DNA of 32,000 nucleotides, taken from the NCBI RefSeq assembly GCF_000940845.1, contig NZ_CP010341.1:1440001-1472000 (forward strand), given 5' to 3'. The stretch's first letter is position 1. Each line of letters opens with the position of its first letter. Source of the DNA: Propionibacterium freudenreichii subsp. freudenreichii (GTDB lineage Bacteria; Actinomycetota; Actinomycetes; Propionibacteriales; Propionibacteriaceae). The notes under the pieces were generated by a model that was not told where the DNA came from, did not search any database, and saw only the letters and a list, made by a program, of their open reading frames with translations. The position numbers and the translations under genes were made by a program. This document shows positions 1 through 11,130 of this stretch, piece after piece.

Positions 1-77
1 TCGTTGACGACGTAGTTTTCGAACTCACCCTTGGCGCGAGGACCTGCCTGGCGCCAGATATCCAATGTGACCTTCAT
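1..77 (-). CDS. sdhB: Succinate dehydrogenase/fumarate reductase iron-sulfur subunit; only the first 25 codons, gene continues past the window start
   Basis: Minus-strand ATG at 75-77 reads MKVTLDIWRQAGPRAKGEFENYVND. It overlaps the sdhA stop (74-76) as ATGA. Its position after the flavoprotein gene fits sdhCAB order. Too short to identify from sequence alone. Confidence 0.6.
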   Translation of the reverse strand, partial: MKVTLDIWRQAGPRAKGEFENYVVN

Positions 78-2158
78 CGGTAATCCCTCACCTGCAGATC
101 GATCAGCGAGAATTCCAGGGGCTCGCTGTGACGGACATGAACCCCATCGGGGCGGGTCTCCCAGGCCGAGACGGCGCACCAATCGGCGTCGTTGCGCTTG
201 GCCTCTCCCTCGGGAGTGGCGTACTCGGTACGGAAGTGGGCACCGGCCGACTCGCGGCGGTCCAGGGCGTCGAGGATCATGACCTCGGCGAGCTCGATGA
301 AGTCGGCCACGCGGCCGGCCTTCTCGAGTTCCTGGTTGAGCCGGTGGTCGTCGCCGACGACCTTGACGTCGTTCCAGTACTCCTTGCGCAGTGCCCGCAC
401 CTCGGCGAGGCCCTTGGTCAGGCCCGCCTCGTCACGGCTCACGCCACAGTAGGCGTAGAGGATGTCGCCAAGCTTGCGATGGAACCACTCGGGACGATGC
501 GTGCCCTTGCTGGTGAGGAAGGCATTGATGCGATCCTGCACCCGGCCCAGGGCATCCTTGACGGCCGGATCCTGCACGGCCAGCGGCGGCTTGCCGACAT
601 AGTCGGCGAGGTAGTTCGGCACCGACAGCGGCAGGGTGAACCAGCCATCCACGGAGGCGGACAACAGGGAGTTGGCACCCAGGCGGTTCGCACCGTGGTA
701 GTTGTTCGATGCCTCTCCGCCGACGAACAGACCGGGCAGGTTGCTCATCTGGTCGTAGTCGACCCACAGGCCACCCATCGAGAAGTGGGCACCCGGTGCG
801 ATGCGCATGGGCACCTCATAGGGGTTCTCACCGGTGGCGTCGAGGTACATGTCGAACAGGTTGCCGTAGCGCTCGGCGATGGTCTCCTTGCCGAGACGCT
901 TGATGGCGTCGCGGAAGTCGAGGTACACCGAGTTGTGCAGCGGCCCCACGCCGTGCCCGCTGTCAATCTGCGTGCGGGCGTTGCGGCTGGCGACGTCACG
1001 GGGCGTCAGGTTGCCGAATGCCGGGTACTTGCGCTCCAGGTAGTAGTCGCGCTCGTTCTCGGGGATGTCATTGGCCGGGCGATCGTCGCCGGCCTTCTTC
1101 GGCACCCAGATGCGTCCGTCATTGCGCAGGGACTCACTCATCAGCGTGGTCTTCGACTGCCAGTGTGAACTGACCGGAAGCGCCGTGGGGTGGAACTGCA
1201 GGAAGCACGGGCTCGCGAAGTACGCGCCCTGCTTGTGCGCACGCCAGGTGGCGGTTGCATTCGAGTTCTTGGCCAGCGTGGACCAGTGGTAGACCGAGCC
1301 GTAGCCGCCGGTGCACAGCACCACGACATGGGCCGTCCAGGCCTTGATCTCGCCGGTCAGCAGATCGCGGGTGACGATGCCCTGGGCACGGCCGTCCTTG
1401 ACGATCAGGTCAAGCATCTCGGTGCGGTTGTGCATCTTCACGGTGCCGGCGTCGATCTGCTCCTGGAGCGCCTGGGAACAGGCGATCTCCATCTGCTGGC
1501 CGGTCTCGCCGCGCGTGTAATAGGTACGCGAGACCTGCACGCCACCGAAGGAACGGGTGGCGAGCTGACCGCCGTATTCACGGGCGAAGGGGGCACCGAT
1601 CGCGTACATGTGGTCGATGACACGCACCGACTCCGTACCAAGGCGCACCACGTCGGCCTCACGGCCCCGGTAGTCGCCGCCCTTAACGGTGTCCTTGACG
1701 AAGCGCTTCAGCGTGTCACCGTCGACCTTGCGGGCACGAGCGGCGTTGATGCCGCCCTGCGCCGCCACGGAGTGGGCGCGACGCGGCGAATCATGGAAAC
1801 AGAAGCAGTCGACGTCATAGCCGAGCTGGCCGAAGCTGGCCGCGAAGCCCGCACCGGACAGGCCGGAGCCCACGACGATGACCTTCATCTTGCGACGGTT
1901 GGCCGGGTTGACCAGTCGGTAGTCGTCCTGACGGTGCTCCCAGGTGTGGAGCACATCGCCGGCGGGGACGTGCCCGTCGATCTCGGCACCGACCTCATAG
2001 CCGGCGGCCTTCTGGGCCGGGCCCAGGTGGTCGCGGGCGGCCTCACCGGTCAGGTGCGAGGCCGGACGGTGCGCACTGGCACGGGCAGGCTTCGGGGCTG
2101 ACGGGATCGATGCAGCCTTGCCGGCCGCACCGGAGAAGAGATTCTTGATGATATTCAC
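74..2158 (-). CDS. sdhA: Succinate dehydrogenase/fumarate reductase flavoprotein subunit (long actinobacterial form, 694 aa)
   Basis: 694-aa ORF. FAD dinucleotide-binding motif VIVVGSGLSGAG, flavoprotein motifs (HPTAL, SMGGLWVD, GEASNNYHGANRLGANSLL). GTG start overlaps the sdhC stop as GTGA. Confidence 0.93.
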   Translation of the reverse strand: MNIIKNLFSGAAGKAASIPSAPKPARASAHRPASHLTGEAARDHLGPAQKAAGYEVGAEIDGHVPAGDVLHTWEHRQDDYRLVNPANRRKMKVIVVGSGLSGAGFAASFGQLGYDVDCFCFHDSPRRAHSVAAQGGINAARARKVDGDTLKRFVKDTVKGGDYRGREADVVRLGTESVRVIDHMYAIGAPFAREYGGQLATRSFGGVQVSRTYYTRGETGQQMEIACSQALQEQIDAGTVKMHNRTEMLDLIVKDGRAQGIVTRDLLTGEIKAWTAHVVVLCTGGYGSVYHWSTLAKNSNATATWRAHKQGAYFASPCFLQFHPTALPVSSHWQSKTTLMSESLRNDGRIWVPKKAGDDRPANDIPENERDYYLERKYPAFGNLTPRDVASRNARTQIDSGHGVGPLHNSVYLDFRDAIKRLGKETIAERYGNLFDMYLDATGENPYEVPMRIAPGAHFSMGGLWVDYDQMSNLPGLFVGGEASNNYHGANRLGANSLLSASVDGWFTLPLSVPNYLADYVGKPPLAVQDPAVKDALGRVQDRINAFLTSKGTHRPEWFHRKLGDILYAYCGVSRDEAGLTKGLAEVRALRKEYWNDVKVVGDDHRLNQELEKAGRVADFIELAEVMILDALDRRESAGAHFRTEYATPEGEAKRNDADWCAVSAWETRPDGVHVRHSEPLEFSLIDLQVRDYR

Positions 2159-2910
2159 GAGATCACTCCAGCGAGGATGAGCATGGGGAGTGCACCGTTG
2201 GCCACGACGATGGCCAGCGCAATGAGGAGCCCGATGAGGAACCAGACCTTGCGAAGACGGGGGCCGGTGCCACCGAAGTCATTGATCGTGTTCCAGGCAC
2301 CCTGGCCGATATGGCATCCGATGATCACCATGATCACGGAGTAGAAGATCGCCATCCAGGGACGGGACAGGCTGGCCACGAGGTTCTCGTAGGCATGGAT
2401 CTGGACCTGGTCGCCACCGAGGTGGACGGCAGGCTGGTAGTACTGCGAGGACAGTCCGGCGCCGATCGTGAGATCGAGCAGGTGGACCACCACGAAGACC
2501 AGGATCAGCAGGCCCGACAGGATCATCGTGCGAGCGAAGAAGGACTTGGGCTTGGCGCCGTAACGACCGAACTTGCCACGAGCCTTACGGCCACGCAGCC
2601 AGACGGTAATGCCGGCCCAGACGTGCAGCACCAGGCAGGCTGACAGCACCAGGCGGAAGATCCACAGACCACCCTCATAGGGCAGCAGCGGATACAGCAG
2701 GGTGCGCAGGAAGCGGGCGTAGGCGTCGTAATCTTCAGGGCCCATAAAAGCCTTGAGATTTCCGACCATGTGCACAAAGACGAACAGGGCGAAGATCGTT
2801 CCAGTCACCGCCATGGTGACCTTCAGAGTCACATTGGACGGACGTTGCTTCAGCTTGTGACGCGTTACAACGTCCCCTTGCCCTCCTGATGTCGTCAGAC
2901 CGACACTCAT
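2155..2910 (-). CDS. sdhC: Succinate dehydrogenase/fumarate reductase cytochrome b membrane anchor
   Basis: Hydrophobic multi-helix protein with conserved His residues directly upstream of sdhA. The ORF track starts at a TTG at 2922; I prefer ATG at 2908-2910 (MSVGLTT), preceded by GGAG with 6-nt spacing. Confidence 0.8.
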   Translation of the reverse strand: MSVGLTTSGGQGDVVTRHKLKQRPSNVTLKVTMAVTGTIFALFVFVHMVGNLKAFMGPEDYDAYARFLRTLLYPLLPYEGGLWIFRLVLSACLVLHVWAGITVWLRGRKARGKFGRYGAKPKSFFARTMILSGLLILVFVVVHLLDLTIGAGLSSQYYQPAVHLGGDQVQIHAYENLVASLSRPWMAIFYSVIMVIIGCHIGQGAWNTINDFGGTGPRLRKVWFLIGLLIALAIVVANGALPMLILAGVIS

Positions 2911-3157
2911 GAGGAACTCCAATCCGAGGGTTAATTGGTCCTACCATATGCCCCATGGCGCTCCGGGGCCCACTTGGGTGGGGGGTTCGGACCGGTTTGC
3001 CTCATACCTGGGGCCCTTGTTCGTCACCCCACGGTGCGCAATGGAGCAGCTGTGGGCCGAACCCGGGCAGTGGCCCGCGGGATATGGACGGGCGTCCACC
3101 GCACGCCCGGGGGCAAAGGCGTTTTCCCAGAACCCGCCCGGCGCGGGATTCGTGGCG

Positions 3158-3910
3158 CTATCGGGTCGCTTTCCCCTCGCCCGCCGCTTGCCCCGGTAAT
3201 GGTGTTTCCGCGGGCCGCAGGGTGGCAAAGGGATCGGTGACTTCGTAGGCGGCTTCGACGAACCGATAGGTGCGGGCAGGGCGTCCCCCACCCGACCCAG
3301 AGCGGCGACGGCGTCCGGTGGGCGCGATCTGGCCGCGACGCGTCAGCACCCGTCCCAGATTGGTGACGTCGACGTCGTGGCCCAGCACCCCCACATAGAC
3401 ATCGCGCAGCTCCTTGAGGGTGAACTCATCGGGCGCCAGGGCAAAGGCGATGTTGGTGTAGGACATCTTGCTGCGCAGCCTCCTGATGCCGGCCTGCACC
3501 ACTGCGGCATGGTCGAAGGCCATCGGCGGGAGCGCACGCGTGTCGAGCCATTCGGCCGCACCCCCCGGCACCGGTCCGCTCTGCCCCAACAACACCAGGT
3601 AGGCGCTCGCGATCGTGCGCTCAAAGGGATCGCGCCCCGGATCGGAGAAGGTCGCCAGCTGTTCGGAATAGCGGATGCTCGTGAGGTCGAGGCGCGCCGC
3701 AAGATGGCGCTGCACGGCCTGATCCATGGTCTCCCCCGCGTTCACGGGGCCGCTCGGCAGCGCCCAGTCGTCCTTGAAGGGGGCCCGGTGGCGTCGCCAC
3801 GCCATCACCTCGAGGCGGGCGCCCGGCTGCGCAAGCGCGCGGAAGACGACGGCCAGCACCTCGTGGCGGAACCTGGCGACCGGCGGCTGATCCGGCGCTT
3901 GTGTCGTCAT
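3158..3910 (-). CDS. nrtR: NrtR-type Nudix-related transcriptional regulator of NAD metabolism
   Basis: 250 aa. N-terminal Nudix fold with a degenerate Nudix box ([23 protein letters not shown]; catalytic Glu positions replaced). C-terminal winged-helix-like part ([27 protein letters not shown]). Divergent from nadABC, the classic NrtR context. Confidence 0.8.
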   Translation of the reverse strand: MTTQAPDQPPVARFRHEVLAVVFRALAQPGARLEVMAWRRHRAPFKDDWALPSGPVNAGETMDQAVQRHLAARLDLTSIRYSEQLATFSDPGRDPFERTIASAYLVLLGQSGPVPGGAAEWLDTRALPPMAFDHAAVVQAGIRRLRSKMSYTNIAFALAPDEFTLKELRDVYVGVLGHDVDVTNLGRVLTRRGQIAPTGRRRRSGSGGGRPARTYRFVEAAYEVTDPFATLRPAETPLPGQAAGEGKATR

Positions 3911-3920
3911 GGGGCCATGC

Positions 3921-3955
3921 TAACGTTCGGTTCAGTTTTCGACTCTCGAACGATA
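3921..3955. promoter_or_regulatory. Candidate NrtR operator: nested inverted repeats in the nrtR-nadA divergent intergenic region
   Basis: TTCGA-CTC-TCGAA perfect palindrome at 3938-3950. It is nested in TAACGTTCG (3921-3929) / CGAACGATA (3947-3955), 8 of 9 complementary. Lies 22 nt upstream of the nadA start, within a 66-bp intergenic region. Confidence 0.4.
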
Positions 3956-3976
3956 ACCAAGTTGAGGAAGTCTCCC

Positions 3977-4957
3977 ATGACCGACACCGCCATCAGCCAG
4001 GACCTGTGGGCCGACGAGATCCATGACCTCGCGCGCAGCCGGGACGCCGTGATCCTGGCCCACAACTACCAATCACCGCAGATCCAGGACGTGGCCGACC
4101 ACGTGGGTGATTCGCTCGCCCTGTCCCGCATCGCCGCCGAGGCAACCGCTTCGACCATCGTCTTCGCCGGGGTCCACTTCATGGCCGAGACGGCCAAGCT
4201 GCTCTCCCCCGACAAGACCGTGCTGATCCCCGACGCCAACGCCGGCTGCTCGCTGGCCGATTCCATCACCGCCGAACAGCTGCGGGCCTGGAAGGCGGAG
4301 CATCCCGGTGCCGTGGTGGTCAGCTATGTCAACACGACCGCCGAGGTCAAGGCGGAGACCGACATCTGTTGCACCTCGTCCAATGCGGTCGAGGTCGTGG
4401 CGTCGATCCCCGAGGACCGCGAGATCCTGTTTTGCCCCGACCAGTTCCTGGGCGCGCACGTGCGACGCCAAACGGGCCGCGAGAACATCCACGTCTGGCT
4501 TGGCGAATGCCATGTGCATGCCGGCATCTCCCCCGATGAGCTCATCGCCAGGGTGCACGACCACGCCGACGCCGAACTGTTCGTGCATCCCGAGTGCGGC
4601 TGCACCACCACGGCGCTGTGGTTGGCCGGCCGCGGTGACCTGCCCGCCGGGCGGACCAAGGTGCTGTCCACCGGCGGAATGCTCGATGCCGCACGCACCA
4701 CCCAGGCCCCCGAGGTGCTGGTCGCCACCGAGGTGCACATGCTGCACCAACTGCGCCAGGCCAACCCGCAGGCGACCTTCACGCCGGTGAACCCCCGCGC
4801 AACATGCCCCTATATGGACATGATCACCCCCCAGAAGCTGCTCGACTGCCTGCGCGGGGGCCACGACGAAGTGACGATTGACCCGGCGATCGCCGAGCGG
4901 GCCCGGGCCAGCGTCGAGCGAATGATCTCCATCGGGAACGCGGGACGGGGCGAATGA
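3977..4957 (+). CDS. nadA: Quinolinate synthase
   Basis: The ORF-track frame starts at 3377, but the homologous part begins at ATG 3977 ([11 protein letters not shown]...AVILAHNYQ), preceded by GAGGAAG. Motifs [24 protein letters not shown] are typical of NadA. 326 aa. Confidence 0.92.
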   Translation: MTDTAISQDLWADEIHDLARSRDAVILAHNYQSPQIQDVADHVGDSLALSRIAAEATASTIVFAGVHFMAETAKLLSPDKTVLIPDANAGCSLADSITAEQLRAWKAEHPGAVVVSYVNTTAEVKAETDICCTSSNAVEVVASIPEDREILFCPDQFLGAHVRRQTGRENIHVWLGECHVHAGISPDELIARVHDHADAELFVHPECGCTTTALWLAGRGDLPAGRTKVLSTGGMLDAARTTQAPEVLVATEVHMLHQLRQANPQATFTPVNPRATCPYMDMITPQKLLDCLRGGHDEVTIDPAIAERARASVERMISIGNAGRGE

Positions 4958-6636
4958 CGATGGGCACGTCCACACAGGGCGCCGAATTGGCGCACGGCAC
5001 ACCGGCCTGGCATGACGACGCCACAGTGGTCGTCGTCGGGTCCGGAGCGGCGGGCCTGATGGCAGCGGTCGAGCTGGCCGGCGCCGGCGTCGACACGATG
5101 GTGCTGTCCCGCGGCCGGGTCACCGACTCCAGCACCGATTGGGCACAGGGCGGGTTGGCGGCCGTGTGGTCCGACCAGGACTCCCCCGATCTGCACGTGA
5201 GTGACACCCTGACCGCCGGGGCGGGCCTGTGCGCCGAGGATTCGGTGCGCATCCTGGTCAACGAGGCGCCCGCGGCGCTGCGTCGCCTGATCGAGCTGGG
5301 TGCCGTCTTCGACAAGGACCGGACCGGGGGCATTGACCTGCACCTCGAGGGGGGACACCATGCCCGCCGGATCCTGCATGCGGGCGGGGACCAGTCGGGC
5401 CACGAGGTGGAGCGCACGCTCGTGCAGTGCGTGGCCGATGCCGTGGACGGCCCGCTGTCGGTGCGCGAAGGCGTGCGCGCCGTCGACCTCCTGGTGGACG
5501 CGCAGGGCCGCTGCAACGGCGTCCGTGCGCTCGACGCACAGGGCAGGCTCGGGGAGGTGCGGGCCGCCTCGGTGATCCTGGCGACCGGCGGGATCGGCCA
5601 GCTGTGGACCACCTCGACCAATCCACCGGTTGCCACCGGGGACGGGCTCGCCATGGCATGGCGTGCCGGTGCAGTGCTCAGCGACCTGGAATTCATGCAA
5701 TTCCATCCCACGATCCTCGTGGTGCCGGCCGATCACCGCATTCCCGGCGATCGCGGCGTGCTCATCTCGGAGGCCGTGCGTGGGGAGGGGGCATTCCTGA
5801 TCGACCACCGGGGCACGCGGGTGATGGCGGGGCTGCATCCACTGGCCGACCTCGCCCCGCGCGACGTCGTCTCGGCAGCCGAACATGCGCACATGGCACG
5901 CACCGGCGAGCGGAACCTCTTCCTCGATGCCACCGCCTTCGGCGCGCAGGCCTGGGAGCACAAGTTCCCCTCCATCCTGGCGATGTGTCGCGAGCGCGGG
6001 GTCGATCCGGTCACCGAGCCCATCCCGGTGCGACCGGGCGCGCACTACCACTGTGGTGGGGTGCGTGCCGACATGGACGGTCGCACCAGCATCGAGGGGC
6101 TGTTCGCCATCGGGGAGGTCGCCTGCACGGGCGTGCAGGGAGCCAACCGCCTGGCCTCCAACTCGCTCACCGAGGGGCTGACCATGGGACGTCGGGTCGC
6201 CCGGCTGATCGCCACCGGTAAGGGCGTTCCCACCGGGCCCGCATCGGGGGGTGACGCCGCGCGCCGGCAACTTCCCCCACAGGATCCGGCGCTGTTCGAC
6301 GCGGTGCGACGCACGATGACTGCCGCGGGCAGCGTATTGCGCGACGCCCGAGGCCTTGACAATGCGCGCCGGGCCCTTGCCGACCGCGCCACACCGGCCG
6401 GGACCCTCACCAACGCCACGCTCGACGCGACAAACGCCGCCCAGGTGGCCGAACTGCTGCTGGCGGCCGCGGCACTGCGTCGCGAATCACGCGGCAGTCA
6501 TCGCCGCTCCGACTTCACCGAACGCTCCGCACAATGGCAGTGCCACCAGGACTGGAGCCTCGACGCACACGGACTACCCGAGATGACCATCCGGACGATC
6601 GGCCACGAACAGGCCCCTGAAAGGAGTGCAGCATGA
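4954..6636 (+). CDS. nadB: L-aspartate oxidase
   Basis: 560 aa. FAD motif [11 protein letters not shown], flavoprotein motifs ([24 protein letters not shown]). ATGA overlap with the nadA stop. Confidence 0.92.
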   Translation: MTMGTSTQGAELAHGTPAWHDDATVVVVGSGAAGLMAAVELAGAGVDTMVLSRGRVTDSSTDWAQGGLAAVWSDQDSPDLHVSDTLTAGAGLCAEDSVRILVNEAPAALRRLIELGAVFDKDRTGGIDLHLEGGHHARRILHAGGDQSGHEVERTLVQCVADAVDGPLSVREGVRAVDLLVDAQGRCNGVRALDAQGRLGEVRAASVILATGGIGQLWTTSTNPPVATGDGLAMAWRAGAVLSDLEFMQFHPTILVVPADHRIPGDRGVLISEAVRGEGAFLIDHRGTRVMAGLHPLADLAPRDVVSAAEHAHMARTGERNLFLDATAFGAQAWEHKFPSILAMCRERGVDPVTEPIPVRPGAHYHCGGVRADMDGRTSIEGLFAIGEVACTGVQGANRLASNSLTEGLTMGRRVARLIATGKGVPTGPASGGDAARRQLPPQDPALFDAVRRTMTAAGSVLRDARGLDNARRALADRATPAGTLTNATLDATNAAQVAELLLAAAALRRESRGSHRRSDFTERSAQWQCHQDWSLDAHGLPEMTIRTIGHEQAPERSAA

Positions 6637-7553
6637 GTCCCGATGTGGCCGTTGGCCAACAAAGGATCGACCCGGGGGATGTCCCCGGGGCGCTACGCGA
6701 TGCCGGCCTGGAGCCCGAGGATGTGGGAGCCACGATCGACCGCGCGCTGGACGAGGACCTGGCCTATGGCCCCGATGTGACCACCGAGGCGATCTTCGAT
6801 CCCGCAGACCGAGCCACCGCCTGGGTGGCGAGCCGTCAGGATGGTTGCCTGGCCGGGTTGCCGGTGGCCGCCGCGGCAATCCATCGCCTGGCCGCCCGGC
6901 AGGGCACCACCGCCCGGGTGACCCTGTTGGCCCACGATGGCCAGCGGGTGCATCCCGGCGATCGGGTGTTGCTGATCGAGGCGTCCCTGCGCTGCCTGCT
7001 GACCAGCGAACGCACGATGCTGAACCTCCTGGGGCAACTCTCGGGCGTCGCAACCCAGACTGCCCGCTGGGCCGACGCGCTGGCGGGGAGCCGGGCCGTG
7101 ATCCGTGACACGCGGAAGACCGTGCCGGGACTGCGCACGCTGCAGAAGTACGCAGTGCGCTGCGGCGGCGGGCAGAACCACCGGATGGGACTGGGCGATG
7201 CCGCACTGATCAAGGACAACCACGTGGCCGCGGCGGGCCGGATCGCGCAGGCGATCCGGGCCGTGCAGTCGCATGCGCCACAGGTGGCCTGTGAAGTGGA
7301 GTGCGACACGCTCGACCAGGTGCGTGAGGCTGTCGGGGCCGGTGCCCACCTGGTGCTGCTGGACAATATGGCCCCCGACGTGATGCGCCGTGCCGTCGCG
7401 ATCTGCCGGCCGGCCGGTGTCAGGACCGAGGCCAGCGGCGGGCTCCTCCTGGCCGACGCGCCGGCCGTGGCGCCCACCGGCGTCGACTATGTGTCCGTGG
7501 GAGCGCTCACCCACTCCAGCCCCGTGCTGGACCTCGGCCTGGACATGGACTGA
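6633..7553 (+). CDS. nadC: Nicotinate-nucleotide pyrophosphorylase (quinolinate phosphoribosyltransferase)
   Basis: 306 aa. RKTVPGLRTLQKYAVRCGGGQNHRMGLGDAALIKDNH is the conserved QPRTase core. ATGA overlap with the nadB stop. Confidence 0.92.
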   Translation: MSPDVAVGQQRIDPGDVPGALRDAGLEPEDVGATIDRALDEDLAYGPDVTTEAIFDPADRATAWVASRQDGCLAGLPVAAAAIHRLAARQGTTARVTLLAHDGQRVHPGDRVLLIEASLRCLLTSERTMLNLLGQLSGVATQTARWADALAGSRAVIRDTRKTVPGLRTLQKYAVRCGGGQNHRMGLGDAALIKDNHVAAAGRIAQAIRAVQSHAPQVACEVECDTLDQVREAVGAGAHLVLLDNMAPDVMRRAVAICRPAGVRTEASGGLLLADAPAVAPTGVDYVSVGALTHSSPVLDLGLDMD

Positions 7554-7604
7554 CACGCCCGGACGTCATCGGAGGCGCGCCGTCAGAGATACACGCGTCA
7601 AGAG

Positions 7605-7652
7605 ATATGGGGAGGGCCCGTCACAGTTGCCTGTGACGGGCCCTCCCCATAT
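7605..7652. terminator. Bidirectional intrinsic-terminator-like hairpin between convergent nadC and glyQS
   Basis: Perfect 22-bp stem ATATGGGGAGGGCCCGTCACAG / CTGTGACGGGCCCTCCCCATAT with a 4-nt loop TTGC. Confidence 0.75.
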
Positions 7653-7677
7653 TGGTCAATCGTGCGTAGTGCGTCGA

Positions 7678-9066
<1,389 letters not shown>

Positions 9067-9251
9067 TGTTGCTCCTCTGGTTGCCCGGGGCGGGCCCCGG
9101 TCACGTCCCGATACCTGGCTGGCATCGGATGGACGGCCGCCGGGATTCCGCGGCCGCTTCCCCAATCATGCCCGAGTGCGCCATAATCGGCTCCCGCTCT
9201 CAGGGGCGCGGACGGGCCATCGTCCGGCCCCCGCCGGACCGGACTCCTAGT

Positions 9252-9299
9252 TGAGAACGATTTGCACATGGGAACGACTCTTATCTAGAATCATTCTCA
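9252..9299 (+). promoter_or_regulatory. Candidate Zur-repressed promoter: two Zur-box-like palindromes over -35/-10, apparently leaderless
   Basis: TGAGAACGATTTGCA (9252-9266) and CTAGAATCATTCTCA (9285-9299) match the actinobacterial Zur consensus TGAAAATCATTTTCA at 12/15 and 11/15. TTGCAC (9262-9267) and TAGAAT (9286-9291) sit 18 nt apart. TAGAAT ends 7 nt before the znuA ATG (9299). Confidence 0.55.
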
Positions 9300-10246
9300 T
9301 GAACTTCACGCCGCGTACACGGCTCTCGAGATGGGCCGTCGGGCTTGTTCTCGGAGCACTCATCGTCCCACTTGCCGCCTGTTCAACGCCTTCGTCATCC
9401 AGTAGCGCGTCGGCCGGCAAGCTCAATGTCGTCACTGCCTTCTATCCCTTCGAATTCGTCAGCCAGCGGGTTGCCGGGGACCATGCCAATGTCAGCTCGC
9501 TGACGGCCCCGGGCGCCGAGCCCCATGACCTGGAGCTCACCCCGAAGCAGACCGCGTCCATCGGGGCGGCCGACCTGGTGGTCTACCAGACGGGATTCCA
9601 GTCGGCAGTTGACCAGGCGATCAAGCAGAGCACGCCGAAGCATGCCGTGGACGTGGCCAGCATCGTGAGCCTGCAGGCGCCCCAGGGCACCGTCGACCTC
9701 GGCGATGGCGACGATGACCAGTACACCAAGGATCCGCACGAATGGCTCGACCCCACCAACGTCGAGACCATCACCAACGCGGTGCGTGACCAGCTCAGCA
9801 CCATTGACCCGTCCCACAAAGGCGATTACGAGGCGAACGCCGCCAAGCTGGTGGCCGACCTCCAGGGCGTGGACAACAGCTACAAGACCTCGTTGAGCAC
9901 CTGCACCCAGAAGACCTTCATCACCACCCATGCCGCCTTCGGCTACATGGCGCGACGCTACGGCCTCAACCAGATCGGTATCTCCGGGCTCTCGCCCGAC
10001 GAGGAGCCCTCGCCGACCCGCATCGCCAAGGTGCAGGACCTGGCCAAGCAGAACAATGTGACCACGATCTTCTACGAGACGCTGATCTCACCGAAGGTGG
10101 CCGAGTCGATTGCCGGTGACCTGCACCTGAAGACCGATGTGCTCGATCCGCTGGAGGGCATCACCGACAAGTCCCGTGGCAGCGATTACCTGCAGGTGAT
10201 GGACTCGAACCTGACGGCCCTGAAGACCGCCAACGGCTGTTCGTGA
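9299..10246 (+). CDS. znuA: Metal (probably zinc) ABC transporter substrate-binding lipoprotein, ZnuA/TroA family
   Basis: The ORF track starts at TTG 9251. I prefer ATG 9299 (MNFTPRTRLSRWAVGLVLGALIVPLAACS), which gives a lipoprotein signal peptide with lipobox LAAC. Cluster A-I SBP motifs (EPHDLELTP, DPHEWLDP, HAAFGYMARRYGL). Confidence 0.85.
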   Translation: MNFTPRTRLSRWAVGLVLGALIVPLAACSTPSSSSSASAGKLNVVTAFYPFEFVSQRVAGDHANVSSLTAPGAEPHDLELTPKQTASIGAADLVVYQTGFQSAVDQAIKQSTPKHAVDVASIVSLQAPQGTVDLGDGDDDQYTKDPHEWLDPTNVETITNAVRDQLSTIDPSHKGDYEANAAKLVADLQGVDNSYKTSLSTCTQKTFITTHAAFGYMARRYGLNQIGISGLSPDEEPSPTRIAKVQDLAKQNNVTTIFYETLISPKVAESIAGDLHLKTDVLDPLEGITDKSRGSDYLQVMDSNLTALKTANGCS

Positions 10247-10267
10247 CCCCATCATCCCCATGAGCTG

Positions 10268-10304
10268 GTGAGCTCGCCTGCACTCCTCCCGCAGGCGGGC
10301 TCAC
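10268..10304 (+). other. Intercistronic RNA hairpin between znuA and znuC
   Basis: GTGAGCTCGCCTGC (10268-10281) pairs with GCAGGCGGGCTCAC (10291-10304). 14 bp including one G-U pair, 9-nt loop, no U tract. Confidence 0.4.
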
Positions 10305-10340
10305 TGCGCTGTCCACTACCCGAATCGAGAACGCACACAT

Positions 10341-11129
10341 ATGCCCGACAACCAACCCGTGATCTCGTGTGAGGACCTGTCGGTGACCCTCGAGGGCCAC
10401 CAGATCCTCTTCGATATCGACGCCGAAGTTCATCGCAACGAAACCGTCGCCCTGCTCGGGGCCAACGGCTCCGGCAAGACCACCCTGGTACGCGCCCTGC
10501 TGGGGCTCATTCCCATTTCCGGGGGCACCGCCGAACTGTTCGGCACTCCCCTGTCGCAATTCAAGGACTGGAACCGACTTGGCTATGTGCCCCAGCGGGG
10601 GCATTCCCAGGTGGCCAATGCCACGGTGCGCGAGGTGGTCGCCACCGGGCGGCTGGCCAATCGCCACTTCTTCTCGCGCATGCACAAGCAGGACCGCGAT
10701 GCGGTCGACACGGCCCTGCGACGCGTCGAGTTGAGCCATCGTGCCGGTGATCCCCTGTCGGTGCTGTCCGGCGGACAACAGCAGCGCGCACTCATCGCCC
10801 GGGCGCTGGCCAGCGAGGCCGAGCTGCTCATCCTGGACGAGCCGCTGGCCGCGCTCGACATCCCCACCCAGGAATCCCTGGCCCGGCTGTTCGAACGCCT
10901 GAAGTCTGACGGACTGTCGATGTTGGTGATCCTCCATGAGCTGGGCCCGATGGAGCGGCTCATCGATCGCAGCATCATGATCCAACTGGGCCACAAGATC
11001 TACGACGGGCCGCTGATGGCGGGTCCCGCCATTGATTCGGGCCACCACCATCCCGCGCCGATCGGCGCCGACCAGGCCGTCATCAGCGGCCCCGAGATGC
11101 GTCGTCCGCACCTGACCAAGGAGGCCTGA
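10341..11129 (+). CDS. znuC: Metal ABC transporter ATP-binding protein
   Basis: 262 aa. Walker A GANGSGKTT, signature LSGGQQQR, Walker B LLILDEP. Confidence 0.9.
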   Translation: MPDNQPVISCEDLSVTLEGHQILFDIDAEVHRNETVALLGANGSGKTTLVRALLGLIPISGGTAELFGTPLSQFKDWNRLGYVPQRGHSQVANATVREVVATGRLANRHFFSRMHKQDRDAVDTALRRVELSHRAGDPLSVLSGGQQQRALIARALASEAELLILDEPLAALDIPTQESLARLFERLKSDGLSMLVILHELGPMERLIDRSIMIQLGHKIYDGPLMAGPAIDSGHHHPAPIGADQAVISGPEMRRPHLTKEA

Positions 11130-11130
11130 G

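Noticed and set aside
128-2101. Long plus-strand ORFs (128-1168, 1190-2101) antisense to sdhA
   Set aside because: These are shadow frames typical of high-GC DNA. Their products are Arg/Gly/Val/Ala-rich with no motifs, and they overlap a well-supported flavoprotein gene.
2911-3157. 247-bp sdhC upstream region with a possible -10 (TATGGT, complement of 2943-2948) and a small hairpin after nrtR (3133-3147)
   Set aside because: Both signals are weak. There is no convincing -35, and the stem is 5 bp with no U tract. The support is insufficient to report them as features.
4810-6270. 486-aa minus-strand ORF antisense to nadB (also 4073-5002, 6693-7556, 7390-8532)
   Set aside because: Shadow ORFs opposite strongly supported nadA/B/C and glyQS genes. 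Low-complexity composition, no start context.
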